This document shows, one piece after another, positions 11,756 through 25,073 of a DNA stretch of 64,000 bases. The notes under the pieces were generated by a model that was given only the letters and a program-made list of their open reading frames with translations, had not been told where the DNA came from and ran no database searches. Source of the DNA: Lingula anatina (lineage: Eukaryota > Animalia > Brachiopoda); the NCBI GenBank assembly GCA_051362555.1, contig CM120643.1, positions 9,672,001 through 9,736,000 on the forward strand. Direction: 5' to 3'. Every line of letters begins with the position of its first letter. The first letter of the stretch is position 1. The position numbers and the translations under genes were made by a program.

Positions 11756-14111
11756 TAGAATTGAAATTTTGCAAGTTTTGAACGAAGTAAAGCATTTGTA
11801 AAATTATTATTGTCAAAATGAATTATTTACAACTTTAAATTTTTAACAAAAATAATGAAAATATAACAATTGTGCTCTAAATTAACATACATTTAGATTT
11901 AACAAACAGAAAAAAGTATATATATCTGTAAATGAAATAAAACAAAATTTTATGCATTTTGAACAGTGTTACTCAAAGACAAAATCCTTTGATTTACGAA
12001 AAAAAAGCTCAAAAACAACATTCTGAAAGGCTTTGGCAAGAAATGATCAAACACAAAATGGATTTTGTAACAAATTGGACATTAGTGTATTGTCTTCATC
12101 GAATTCAATCAGAAACATATCCGTCCAAATTAAGAGGTTGTAACACTGTTACAAATACATATAATCTGCTGTTTCATTCGTACATAACTGCACACGCGCA
12201 TGTAAGCACACCTTGTCCTATGTCGTCTTGTTGATGTTTGGACACCAAATTGAACAATAGCCATTTATTTTTTAAGTTTGTAAGATTCCTGGTTGTTTGG
12301 CAATCGGTATTATTATTACTTTTTAGACTAAATCCGAAAATTAATATCACATTTGGCGTAATTGTGGATGAAAATTTACATTTGCAAAGCATTTGGATCA
12401 GGAGCGACATAAAGACATAGGCGTTTACAAGATTATCCAAGTCTTAGCCAAATTCAGAATAACATACAAACAAAACTGAAAAGGTTACGCAAAAATCGGA
12501 GTACGTGCATGTAGTGACTTTTCACATTCACCTAAAATAAACTCTGGTTCTCGGTGTTCAGTGATGACAAAATAACACAACATGGACATGCAGGACTGAT
12601 ATCTGACCAAGCCTGTTTTTCTCAATCACCCCTTGGTCCCGAAAAAATTAAATGTATAATAATATATAATAGCTTTAATTAAAACGCTCCTCTGCACACT
12701 TAAGGCATATTTTTCACTTTAAAAACTCAAACCAAACAAAGCATTAAGGTTTACATACACTTTGGTAGAATATCAAATTCGCCATTTGGAGGAACAAAAT
12801 ACTTAGAAATAACATTTTAGATGAAAATCTCGTAATATTGTTAAATAAATTACTGTACAAACTGTTTGAATGGACTTAAGTGTAACAGATAAAATAATAA
12901 ATCCAATAATCTAATTTTAAAAAAACCTTTAGATTATAATCAAGAATTATCAATTGTTCACTATATTTTTAAGAAAAATTGAAAAAAGTTGACGGTTTGA
13001 AAACCCACTGAATCCTTTCAGAATACTCATAATTTGGGCTTTGCGGCAGCTCATGTCATTTTGAAAATATATTTGCAAAAGGCTATGATTATTGTCAGTC
13101 CTACAGAAACAATTTAATGGACAGGCAATATCTAAATGAAGTCCATTTCCCATTTTTGTTTTTCGACAATTCTGTTTTGTGATACAAGTACTAAACCACA
13201 ATCCTGGGAATTTTTTGTAGCCAACTATAGGAACAGTTCTCTTATCATATACGCAACAAATATCTCCATTCTACTACTAATGCAATATTAAATTAAGTTT
13301 ATTTCGGATGGCAATCTTTACCCCACACCATGATTTAACTTTGTTTCAGAAAACAGACATTTGATCCCCGCCCAGCACTGAAAACATCGAGAACCAGAGG
13401 AAGTTTATTCACAGCCCCATATTCATAACTGATAAAAGATCGTTATAGTGTGGTCAAATCTGCAGTAACGTGGGCACATTTTGCCCGTAACATATTGTTG
13501 GGATTTCTAAGGCGTTATACGTTTTATTATCAATGTCTTTTGTAGATTTTCATCTCTTCCTCTTTGAGACTGAACACGCGATAAGTGTAATTAAGTTTCT
13601 CATATGCATATTACGCAATGGGTTTGAAATATCTTTCCCTCCCAGAAATCAATATCATTCAGAATGTTCAAGGTCACAGCGAGAAGTTGCAGATTTGCCC
13701 ACACATATTTTCAGTGACAAATCAAAAACATTTCTCTTCTATAAAATTAATATATAATAATTTTAAAACAATCACTTCATCATTTTTATACAGACATTTT
13801 TCTGTTAAAAATGCGGACTTCTAATCTAACGTTCCAGGTTCAAAAAGGGACAGGTATCAACCCAGACCCAAAAATATACATAAATTGCCCTCATAACACC
13901 ATGATCAGATAGAGCACTGTACTACGATATAATAACATACAATAACCAAAAGAAGCAAACCAGCAACATGCAGGGCGGACGCTTAGTATGGATTTAATAT
14001 TTCGTGAATAAAAGCTCATTTATTCGACTTTTAATTTGATATACTTTTTGGAACAGAATGTCACAACCAAAAACAAACGTTACTTGACATACTAAACGTC
14101 GTCCCTGCAAA

Positions 14112-14385
14112 TTAACGAGCAGACAAACGTCGGCATAGGAGGCGAACTTGGCACATGTGGGTGTGGGCCTGTACATGTCGAACATGGAACGTGTCTCTGA
14201 GTAGGACGCTCTTGGTATCTTCGTAAACGTTACTTAGAGTCACTGGAATAAAAGGAACGAATTCACATTCATGAAACTATGTCTACAGATCTCATAAAAC
14301 AGAGTATGTTCATAACAGCAATTTGTGTCTTTGCGTTATGATTAACAAATCGCAAGCTTTAAAAATTATGCAAATATATATAGGG

Positions 14386-14425
<40 letters not shown>

Positions 14426-14775
14426 TATTGAACCCTCATGGAAAGGTAATGTTATCAGAAACAAAAGGGTGCCCAAAAGGCACTGAAGGAATCATGCTAA
14501 GAGAAAGTATCCTTCACGTCAGTGAGGTGTACTCATGGTGATTATGCGTAGAGTGTGCCATTTCGGATAAATATTGTCAATGCAAAACTAAGAAATGCCA
14601 CGTGTACAATACATTTTCTATCATGTGTACTGAACTCACGAGATACTGCTGTAGGTTTTAGTGCCATCTTTTCGGCCTTCGTGTGGCAGTAGCAGCAATA
14701 TGGCATGGGACATCTTTCTTCTCCATCTTCTACTGACCTTGGTCCTTTCAGAGCACATCTCATCAAACCCCTCAC
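14112..14775 (-). CDS. Candidate small spliced ORF of unknown function (Cys/His-rich)
   Basis: Two GC-richer blocks, 14640-14775 and 14112-14242, joined by GTGAGT…TTCCAG in matching phase 1, give MRCALKGPRSVEDGEERCPMPYCCYCHTKAEKMALKPTAVSLTLSNVYEDTKSVLLRDTFHVRHVQAHTHMCQVRLLCRRLSAR*; no recognised domain. Confidence 0.3.
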
Positions 14776-16784
14776 CTGATTTACATAATAATGAAGAGAT
14801 CGCCTTTTTCCGTGCGGACGCCTCGGTTTAAATTATAGTCTGTTTTATGAGAAGGCACAATAACTAAGTCTCCATCTCGAAAAGAGGATTAGGGGTTGAT
14901 AAAGTCATAATGACACACGCGCACACAACAAAAATATATAAATAAAAATAAAAACGCGTTTTCAAGGTCAACATACTTGATATTTCACAGATCGAATGAA
15001 CGAACTGGGGCGGGATTGTGATATAACTTTAGGACCTGATTTTCATTCAATCTTTCAATACAGCGTAACCGTAAGGTTGTTGGATTTTTCTTTCTTTCTT
15101 TTTTATGCTTCTTGAAACAAAGGAAAACGTTAAAGTTTCACACGTTTATTGAATGGTCTTGTTTGTTACACCCATAGGTAATTTTCCAGAAGTAAACACT
15201 ACAGAGTCAATACTTAAACTGTCTATGCACGAATAAAACACACATATTAAAACTGAGTAAAATAATTTAAAGAATTTGTCTATATTTAAGTCACTTTTCG
15301 ATATCTTCTGCAAGTCGATCCCATATTTTTATTCATTTATATTTTAATTATTCATTTTGTGTGTGTATATGAGGGGAGGGGGGAGCGCACGAGGATATTC
15401 TTTTCGCGTGAAATGAGTTGATTATTTGTGTATTTAATTCAATATCCGAAAATGACAACAACAAAATTTGGAATAACAATCAATCAATGATGCTGCATCT
15501 ATTGATTTTAATCATGATGACTATAATTTTTCTAAAGATATCTTTCTTTGCTGTATAGTCTACATTTCATGACATTTAGACCAAATAAAAACATTGTTAT
15601 TATGTAACATTGCTTTATTAATCTATTCCATATAAAATAATAGCATGCCCCCATGAAGAGCAGAAAATTCTGACAAACAACTATATATAAACATTTAAAT
15701 GTAAATGGTCTAAAAATATATTTTTAATCAAAATTACACTTTTCTAGTTGAAGTGAACAGTTAAAAAGGGTGTATGTATCTGTTCCATTGAATGATATTT
15801 TTTTTACATTTAGCTTAGTCTATAGATAAGAAATACTCAGTGAATTTCCAAAATACAGGCTTAAAATACTGCATGTTCCACTGATGTTGGATGAAAAGTG
15901 AAACTTGTTAAAGACTCGTAGAAAAATTTATTTATCTGATTATTATATCGCAAATACCACACCCTTAAAAGTTATAAAATACATGGAATAAATGTATAAC
16001 ATTTATAAGCAATTATGAAATTATGTACATGTTAAGCAGTTTTTTATCCCAAAATTCACTAAAATGTGCTTTAATGATAAATAAGAATCACAGAGAGAAT
16101 GTAAATATTGCTTGTAAGAAGACTGAGGAAATAAGTTCTTAATGAGAAAAAAAGAGATATGAGATACATAAGATTCAACATTTGTTTCACAGACTTCCAG
16201 TACCTAATAATTCAGTTTTCTCAATTTCCTTTTAAAGACTTTGCACTGGGATTTCAGTGATGATCACACCAAGTAACATCACATGTTAAATATAATAATA
16301 ATAATGACTATATTGTCAGATAAGTAGGTTTTCTGGCATTTTTCTTTAAAAATTATTCTGAGGTGTAGATTTTACATTTTCTATACACACAAATGATTTA
16401 CATGTTGCACAATTTTTGGAAGTTGAGTAATAGGAGTATGTTTTCAAGAGGAAGTTCATAAAGTGTACAAAATAAAATGACTTTTGATCTAACAGGGATA
16501 AAATGCAAAATTTTAATCACACACCACCTTTTGCTGCCTTTAAACAAATACCACATTTATTTTTTTGTTGAAAATAATCTAATTCATCTCCTAACATATC
16601 TCGCCTGTGACCTTTCAGCAGTTTTGACTCACTTTCGAAGCTTGCAAAACCATAAGGTCTGTGCGCAAAATGATGTTGGATTTTGAAAAACCCTAACTTT
16701 AATTTTCCCAGATTGTAAAAGAGTCATAAGTGTCAGAAAGGGAGAATCAAAGGAGAAAAATAACCTGGAAAATAAGTAAAATAT

Positions 16785-17192
16785 GTTTTTTTGCAGGAAA
16801 ATCTTGCACTTAAATGTCTAATCGATATATATATATATATATATATATCAACAAAAAAGCAATTATGTTATTTACACATGTTTAAAGGTTGGCTAGTCAG
16901 AAAAAAACACCCAGGAAAATTAGCCATTTTTTCAGGAAAATCTTGCACTGTATGGGTGCCTTAAATGTCTAATCAGTATATATCAACAAAAAAATAATTT
17001 ATGTGTTTTACACATGTCAAATGGTTGTTAGTCAGAGAAACTACACAGGAAAATAACTTATAAAATATACATATTTATATAATAAATATGTTTTTTTTTT
17101 GCAGGAAAAATCTTGCACTGCATTGATACCTAAATGTCTTATTAGTATATATCAACAAAAAAAGCAACTAACTTATCTTATTTACACATGTT
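16785..17192. repeat. Three degenerate tandem copies of a ~140-170 bp unit
   Basis: CAGGAAAATCTTGCACT…AAATGTCT…TATATCAACAAAAAAA…TTTACACATGT recurs near 16790, 16930 and 17100. Confidence 0.8.
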
Positions 17193-17491
17193 AATTCAGC
17201 TCAAATTCTAGAGAACTGATGATGACTTTTCTCTTCCTGAAGATGCAGATGAAATTATGCTGATCTGTATACAGGAAAGGCACCATCAGGTCTCTGAAAC
17301 TCTGGCTGACTTAATCTGGCTAAAACATCTATGAAAAGACAAATTGCATGTACAGAATATCTAAGATATCAAAATTCTTTTGAAATTGCCATGAGCAGGT
17401 AAAAATTCCTACTTTTCATATAGTTTTATTTTGCAAGCAGAAAGCATAATATCTTTTTTGAATCGACAAGCAATTGGAGGTCAAATGACAG

Positions 17492-20400
17492 CTACTCTTC
17501 AATATAAACTGAATCTATTCCATTGACATCACATGGTTCCTGACAGTCGAAGCTGATGATGATGTTCTTCTCACCTGGGGTCTTTGGGGTCAAGGTCACT
17601 GTCTGCTCAGCTTTCTCACCAGGTGGAACATCCCTGGAAAGACAAAAGTCTTAGTTACAACATAAATCAAAATTGATCAATAAACTAACTCCATATTTTT
17701 TTATCATCCAATAAACAGCAACCATTTTCTGGTTTACAAAATTGGGCTTTCTCTTGCAGACTTAAAAAAATGTTCCACTACCCACCCACCCCCCTTAAGG
17801 TATTTGCTAGGGGCATCACATCAGGCCAGTTCCCCAGTTTCCCATCACATCAGGCCAGTTCCCCAGTTTCCCATCACATCAGGCCAGCTCCCCAGTTTCC
17901 CACCACATCAGGCCAGTTCCCCAGTTTCCCATCACATCAGGCCAGTTCCCCAGTTTCCCATCACATCAGGCCAGCTCCCCAGTTTCCCACCACATCAGGC
18001 CAGTTCCCCAGTTTCCCATCACATCAGGCCAGTTCCCCAGTTTCCCATCACATCAGGCCATTCTGCATGTACCATGCCAGAGGGCAGGGTAAAACATTAT
18101 CATTCTAATTTAATGCACATCAATGAAAACTTAGTACATTCTAATAAAAGTCATTACAATCATACGCAATTATGTAACACCTCTCTCCCAGACATGCTGA
18201 AAACTATTCAGAATGGTCGGACATTTGGACCAGCAGTACTGAAAAATTTGCCGGACCGAATGGATTTTTGTCGGACCAAAAATCACCCTATTCGTTTGAG
18301 TTAGATACTACCAGTATTATTAGGGTAGCTTATTTTGTTTGTGAATGTGATAGGTTTGAAATGGAAGGGAAAACACGCTTTGGGTCCTATACAATTTTAT
18401 TAGTGAAGTGTGCCGAATGATGGCTGTAAATTCAAAATTGCAGCTCTTAAAACTCTTTTCAGTCTTTTGGACCAACCAAGTCCAATTTTTTACCGGTCCA
18501 GACAAATTTAATTTGCCGGTCATGACTGATCGGACCGACAGTTTCAGCATGTCTGCTCTCCCACCACCACCAAAGAAATTATAACAAATAAAAGAGTAAA
18601 ATATAAAGTGACTACTTAAAATGTTGATTTGAGATTTCTTACAACATCAGTTGGGTTTAAGTAAAAAAAATAAGTATGTTTCTCTGAGTAACGGAAATAA
18701 ATTGACCAACTAGGACTTACATGTACAGGGTGGTCCATAAAAAAACAACCTATTTTATATTGAAATGGAAAGTAAAATAGGTCATTTTTGAAGGAACACC
18801 CTGTATATCACATCACTTACCTGATTTTATACTCCATGGCTTTCTGGAGTCCAGGTCCTTCCACAATAAACATACACTGGGTAAGAGGTTTAGGAAGAGG
18901 ATTGGTGAAGCCAAACTTCAGTTGGAATGGTTGGCCAACATGGAGGTCATTTTTGTCACCCTAAATTGACGTGTCATCAAGACATTATTTAATGAAAAAA
19001 AATTGTGACAACACAGCTGTAATAAATGCATAAATATTATACATAGTAGCTTGATATACAACTTATCTTGAAATAATGAATAAATGCCATTAAATTGCTT
19101 CTTAATCGAAACCATTTCATAAACATTGCTCCTGTAGTTTTGTAATATATTTCAATTAGCATAAAACAAAATAACCCCACTTTAAATCTAATTAAATTAA
19201 GTGAATAAAAGAAAATGGAATAAATATGCTGACAGAACTAATCAAATAAAATAAAGAACAGCTCATCCTACCCCAACATATTCAAACTCCAAGTCAGGGA
19301 CTGTCAGATCAAAATCGTCCTCTTCGACGAAGATTTGGTTAGTTTCCTCCACTCTGACTTTACACCTGGCCTTCATTTGAGTCTGGTCAGCAAGATGGTC
19401 CAAATAATCAGCTGGACTCACAGTTATACTCACTTTTTTTTCTGGAAGAGAATGAAAAGATGGAAATGGGATTATGAAAGAGATTGAATGTTTAGCCCTC
19501 TCTAAGTTTTTATATTATTATTATTATTATTACACAAATTATTATAAGGCTCAGAAAGCTGAAAGCTGCTTCTGAAAGTTTGTACCTATAACCCACCTGC
19601 TAGGTAGATGAATGTACATGCCCTTTGTAAATATTTTGTATTTAGAGTATGCAATTTTCAATCTACAGGCCTTATAAACAGATTAGGTGTTTACTAACAC
19701 TACCTGCAGATCTTTAAGCACTAACACCCATAATAATCAATGCACTGTACAATTATTTAGCACCAACAAAGCGAGACCTTGCACTAACATTTATCCGCTC
19801 TAGTAGTGCTGGTAAATTTGTGGGTTGTGTGGTTAATATGGGCATTAGTGCTAAAAGATCTGTGGGTAGTGTTAATAAACACCTAAATAAACCTGTTCAT
19901 AAGGCCTGATCTATTCAAAATATTCACATTCACCTTTCTCTCCCGGTGCCAGCACTATGTGAAAATTATCTGTGGCAACATTCTTCTTGTAAACACCAGT
20001 GTAATAGACCACAGTAGCTCCCAGCGAGACATTGAGTGTACGTTGTTCAGTGCTCTGATTTGACACTATCAGATCTATATCAAAATCTTCCCCAACCACA
20101 ATGGAATCACGTTCGTACATTAAAAATGTAATATCCTAAAAAGAAATTAAAAGGAAAAAGATTGCAACTTAAAGGCCAAATATTTACATTTGGAGGCAAT
20201 ATTTAGTTGAAATTATCTTACGTATCCTCATGCACTCAAAAATAAAAATAAAAGGATATGGACTTTTGGCAAGAAAGATAAGCAATTATGAAAGTGTTTC
20301 ATTGACTTTAGCAATGTTGATAAAGACAAAGAACATGTTATTATCTATTAAGCTTCCTGAAAACTTCAACAATTTTCTCATATTATCACCAGCAATTTTC

Positions 20401-23400
20401 TCATATTATCACTAAAGTATATTTTATCAAAAACTGCTGAGAAAATAAAGATTTATATATATTAACCTTTTTTTTTTTGAAGATATATTATTTTGGACAA
20501 CCTCATCCAAAATTGCTAGCTTCCATCTCCAGTACAGCTTCCAGAGTATCTTTAAGTCTAGCAATTTATTCATATATAAAGTTTTTTTAGCTGAGGCCCA
20601 TATGTTTTAAGTTTTAGAAACATATAAATTTGACACTAATTTATAACCTGAATTTGTTTCCATATTTCTTCTGACAGAGAGGCATGACTGGTTGTCACCA
20701 TGAAAAAAAATGCTCTCTCTGATTGGGACATTCTAATTTTATGCTGTAGGTTTAAAAAATCCCAATTTCAACAGAAATTATAAACTATATAATTTAAAAC
20801 AATTTTTACAGTACAAATATCATCAATTTTTTGCTTCAAACTTATCCATTTTCATGACCATTGCTCTATGAAGTTCTTCTCTTATTTTTAAGACAACTGA
20901 AAAAACATTTGGTGTACTTAATGTCAGGGTTAATGCCTGTTTAATTCAATGTATAAAAATAATTTGGTAACTCAGATTAAAATAATTCAAATTTTGATGA
21001 TTTTAATAATTTTATTTTTATGGTTACATTATATGCCTTAGTGTTCAAGGAAAATTGTTGAAATTTCAGAAAATTTAAATTTTTTTTCTTTATGTCTGTT
21101 AATCTATGACAGACTTGACTTAAAACAATTTTACTTTATCCTTCAAAGATACCTGATTTTCGTTGTTCTCAAGGTGTCCGTGGTAATCTATATTCAGTCC
21201 GGAATAGACATTTGTATAAGAAACAGCTACCTTGAGAGCAGCTCTCTCCTCATCTGTGCCTTAAATGTGCAACATAATTATATTATCAATACAGAAAAAT
21301 CACACAGTCAATATAAAAAGTACTATCATGACAGTTTTAAACTTTAAACCATTATCATCATGTAATTCATAACTGCATAAAAAAGGGACAAAGCATGGCT
21401 TGAAGCGTGTGCTTTGCTTATTCTGTTAATTGGTAGGTACGTAGATGGATTATATTGCATTTTGTATAGTTGGAAACAATAGAACGTATTTGAAAGGTAA
21501 AATTCAAGGTATCACAGTAGGATTGCCAAAATATGACCTACTATTCAAGTTCAACAGTAACTATACACGTGTATCTCTGCTAGTTTTCAAGATAAACAAG
21601 GAATACTTGCAAAGCCCCATATTTGATCTGCAGATTTGTTAGTCCACTGTTTTCAATTTGCTCCAAGAATGTATCAAGATCATTTTTAAATCAGTCTACT
21701 TCAAATTTTTAGGTCTGTTTCTGGGATGTGTATCCTTTTCCTTTCTCCCCCCCCCCCCCCCCCCCCCCCCACCCCCACCCTTTCACAAGTTGTCAAGCTT
21801 ACCTTCTGAGAATTTATAGAGAGGGGTAATATCTTCCATGTCTGGAGAAAGAACTTTCTTTGTGCATATCTTATACCCAACTCTGAAAAAAAATCACAGG
21901 TAAGGCCGATATTTAATGCTAAGATTTCTGAGCAAATGTTTCAGTTAATTGTGGGAAATATGGGCTTTATATTCATTGTAATATGCTGCTATAGCATGAT
22001 CTTGCATAACAAAAGCTGTAACTGATGAGTAAATGTGTGTATGACACTGTGTGTGTGTGTGTCTGTGTGTGTGTGTGTGTGTGAGATTGTATTTGCATGG
22101 GGTGGGCATGATTGAGGGTGACAAATATTCTAAGTACAAAAAAGAAAACATTGCTCTTTTAAGGTTAAAACCTTTTGCAAACAATTAAGGGTCAACATCC
22201 TCTAATATATGAAGTACATCAACCTTTTGGTCTTACGGTAAGTTAAGACCCAGGTTAACCATTTTAATGGTTAAATTAAAATTGTTCTGGTTGCTATATA
22301 TTAACGGGGTTTGGTATATGTTTTATTAGTGCCTATATTTGGCAAAATAGTTTTTTCCCATTCGTATTTAATATTGTTGGAATACAAATATGACTTTTAG
22401 AGCACATTAACCATTTTTTGTTGCATTATTCACCACCTGTCACATTTCTGTGGTTATAATGTGACCAATTTTGATGCTTTGATATATATATATATACTTA
22501 TCTGTTTCCAACATAACTTTACGTAAGATATTATCATGAAAATTGGCAAGGTTGAACACTACAGTGTGAGTGATACATGTAAAACCACAATCTGGTTCCA
22601 GCATCTGGGTTTCATTTGTTTCCTTCAGGTGATATGAGCCCCTAATAACGAGGAACTTCCAATAACCATTAAATTGCATTTAATTTTTTCTGTTTATTGA
22701 GAAAATCAGAAGTTTAAACCTTTGAAGGAATTTTCCCAGCACCAGATAGCAGAACTTATTGTTGTGGTGATGTAGGCATTGAAAGGGTGTTGATCGCTGT
22801 TCACTGGTAAGAGGAAGATAATGCTTGAAATTTATTTTACAGTGCCCCCCCCTCCCACCACCAAAATACAGCCATTACGTCTTTACCTGTAGCTCAAGGT
22901 ACAAATTCATTGGATATATTTTTTTATGCCGCAGCATTATTACATAACATGAAAATGTTTATTTAAACAGATAAGGAAAAAATGTTAAGTGACTGATGTC
23001 CCTTTAAAAACAAGACCACTGTCGGGATATGTAGAACAGTACAGACTGCTATTGCGTGATGATTATTGCAGAACATATTAAAGAAATTAAGACTCACAGC
23101 TCTTTATAAATTTTCTGAACAGCCCAAGAAGTATCCTCTTGTTGTTGATAAATCACTTTGTCTCCATTGACTTCAGCAAAGATGAACGGCCCATCATAAG
23201 GCAGGTACACCTGACCTGCCTTGATAGCATTCAGGGAGCAAGGGCCTGCACAGTACACACCTGAAACAATGGGAACCAATACAGCATGAAATGAAAAAAA
23301 AATGCTTTGCAACAGGTACACTCCTGCTCAAAGTGAAATATCTTAAATTGGTCTGTTGGATTTCAGGAAATATTAAGTAAAATGAAAGGTTTTATAGTGT

Positions 23401-24448
23401 GCTAAGTGAGATGGGATTTTCATGATGTGTTCGGCAGACAATAAACCAGGATGTGAATATATATATTTGGTTGTGTTGTGTGTGACAATGAACCAGGATG
23501 AGAATATTTGATTGTGTTTGATGTGACAATGAACCAGGATGAGAAAATTTGATTGTGTTAGGTGTGACAATGAACCATGATGTGAACATTTGGATTTGTA
23601 ATACGTGATTTCTTTGACGTAGGTACATTCCTGCTCAAAGTGAAATATCTTTAGTTGGTCTGTTGGATTTCAGGAAATATTGAATGAAATGAAAAGGTTT
23701 TATAGACTAAGTGTGTTAAATCAGATTGGGTTTCCATGATGTGTTAGGTTTGATAATAAACCAGGATGTGAATATTTGGTTGTGTTATGTGTGACAAGGA
23801 ACCAGGATGTAAAAATTTGGATGTTTTACATGTAACAATGAACCAGGATTTAAATATTTGGATGTGTTAGGTGTGACAATGAACCAGGATTTAAATATTT
23901 GGTTGAGTTGGGTGTAACAATGAAAAATGAGAACATTTGGATTTGTAATATGTGCCAGTGTACCTACCATCACTGAGTTCCTGTGGAGTAGCATCAATAG
24001 CCTGCCAACCGTCATGTCCAGGGGGAAGTTTAGGGCGACACATCCAGACATCATTCCACACGTGGAAGTTCCTATAAAATTTTTACTCATTTCAGACAGA
24101 TATAATACATTAAACAACAGATTTATCATAACATCTATATATTATATCATACCATATCAATTAAAATCATGTAATATTAATATGCATATCTAAATGCAGA
24201 TACCTTTTCACTTACCAGAGAGAATCACTACACCAACTGTCTATGTATTCGCCTTCTGCATCCATGTATGCTGATAAGGTGATGTTACCATCAGTGTCAT
24301 GTGCTGAGCTAAAATTGGTGACGGATCTGCAAGGTATTCCAAGACAACGACAAACTGTAAGAAAAAAAATGCAAATTGAAAATAAAATTACTGTCCATGA
24401 GAGAGAGAGAGTAACATAACATAATTATAATAATGATTTATTCAGCTA

Positions 24449-24499
<51 letters not shown>

Positions 24500-25026
24500 A
24501 CATCAGAGCTCATAAAAATCAAATAAAGTCATCAAAATGTCAGATGTGAAAATAAAATAATTATCATAATTAATGTATAAAAAGAAAAAGCCTAGGGTAA
24601 AAGGTATTTTAATAACTTAGTGACTTTGTGTCTTAAACTGTGCATTCAGAACAAGACGATCTGTGGACTAACAAGTCTGCAGACCCACTTGAAAGCTTGC
24701 TGCTTAATCCCCAAATAGAAACTGAGTGCATTCAGAACAAGTTGATTTGCCAACTAACAGATCCGCGGATCAAATATGGCCGACCTACTTAAGAGCAGAA
24801 CTGACTGATCATATCTGCTGATGTTCTCCCCTCCTCCCTCCACATGCATCATTAAACAGATTATGAATCATGGCTCTGAGGTTTAATTGTTAGGCTCCTG
24901 CATGGATGGTCGCGTGGAGGTGGAGAGAAAATTATGGGAATTAAAGCAGTCTTAATTGCTTTCATGCTGGGTCAGCCATATTTGATCCGTGGATCAGTAG
25001 ATCCAAGGATCATCTGTTCAGAATGG

Positions 25027-25073
<47 letters not shown>

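Noticed and set aside
17770-18304. 112-aa and 166-aa repetitive ORFs
   Set aside because: Translations of the 29-bp minisatellite, antisense in a TG-1 intron.
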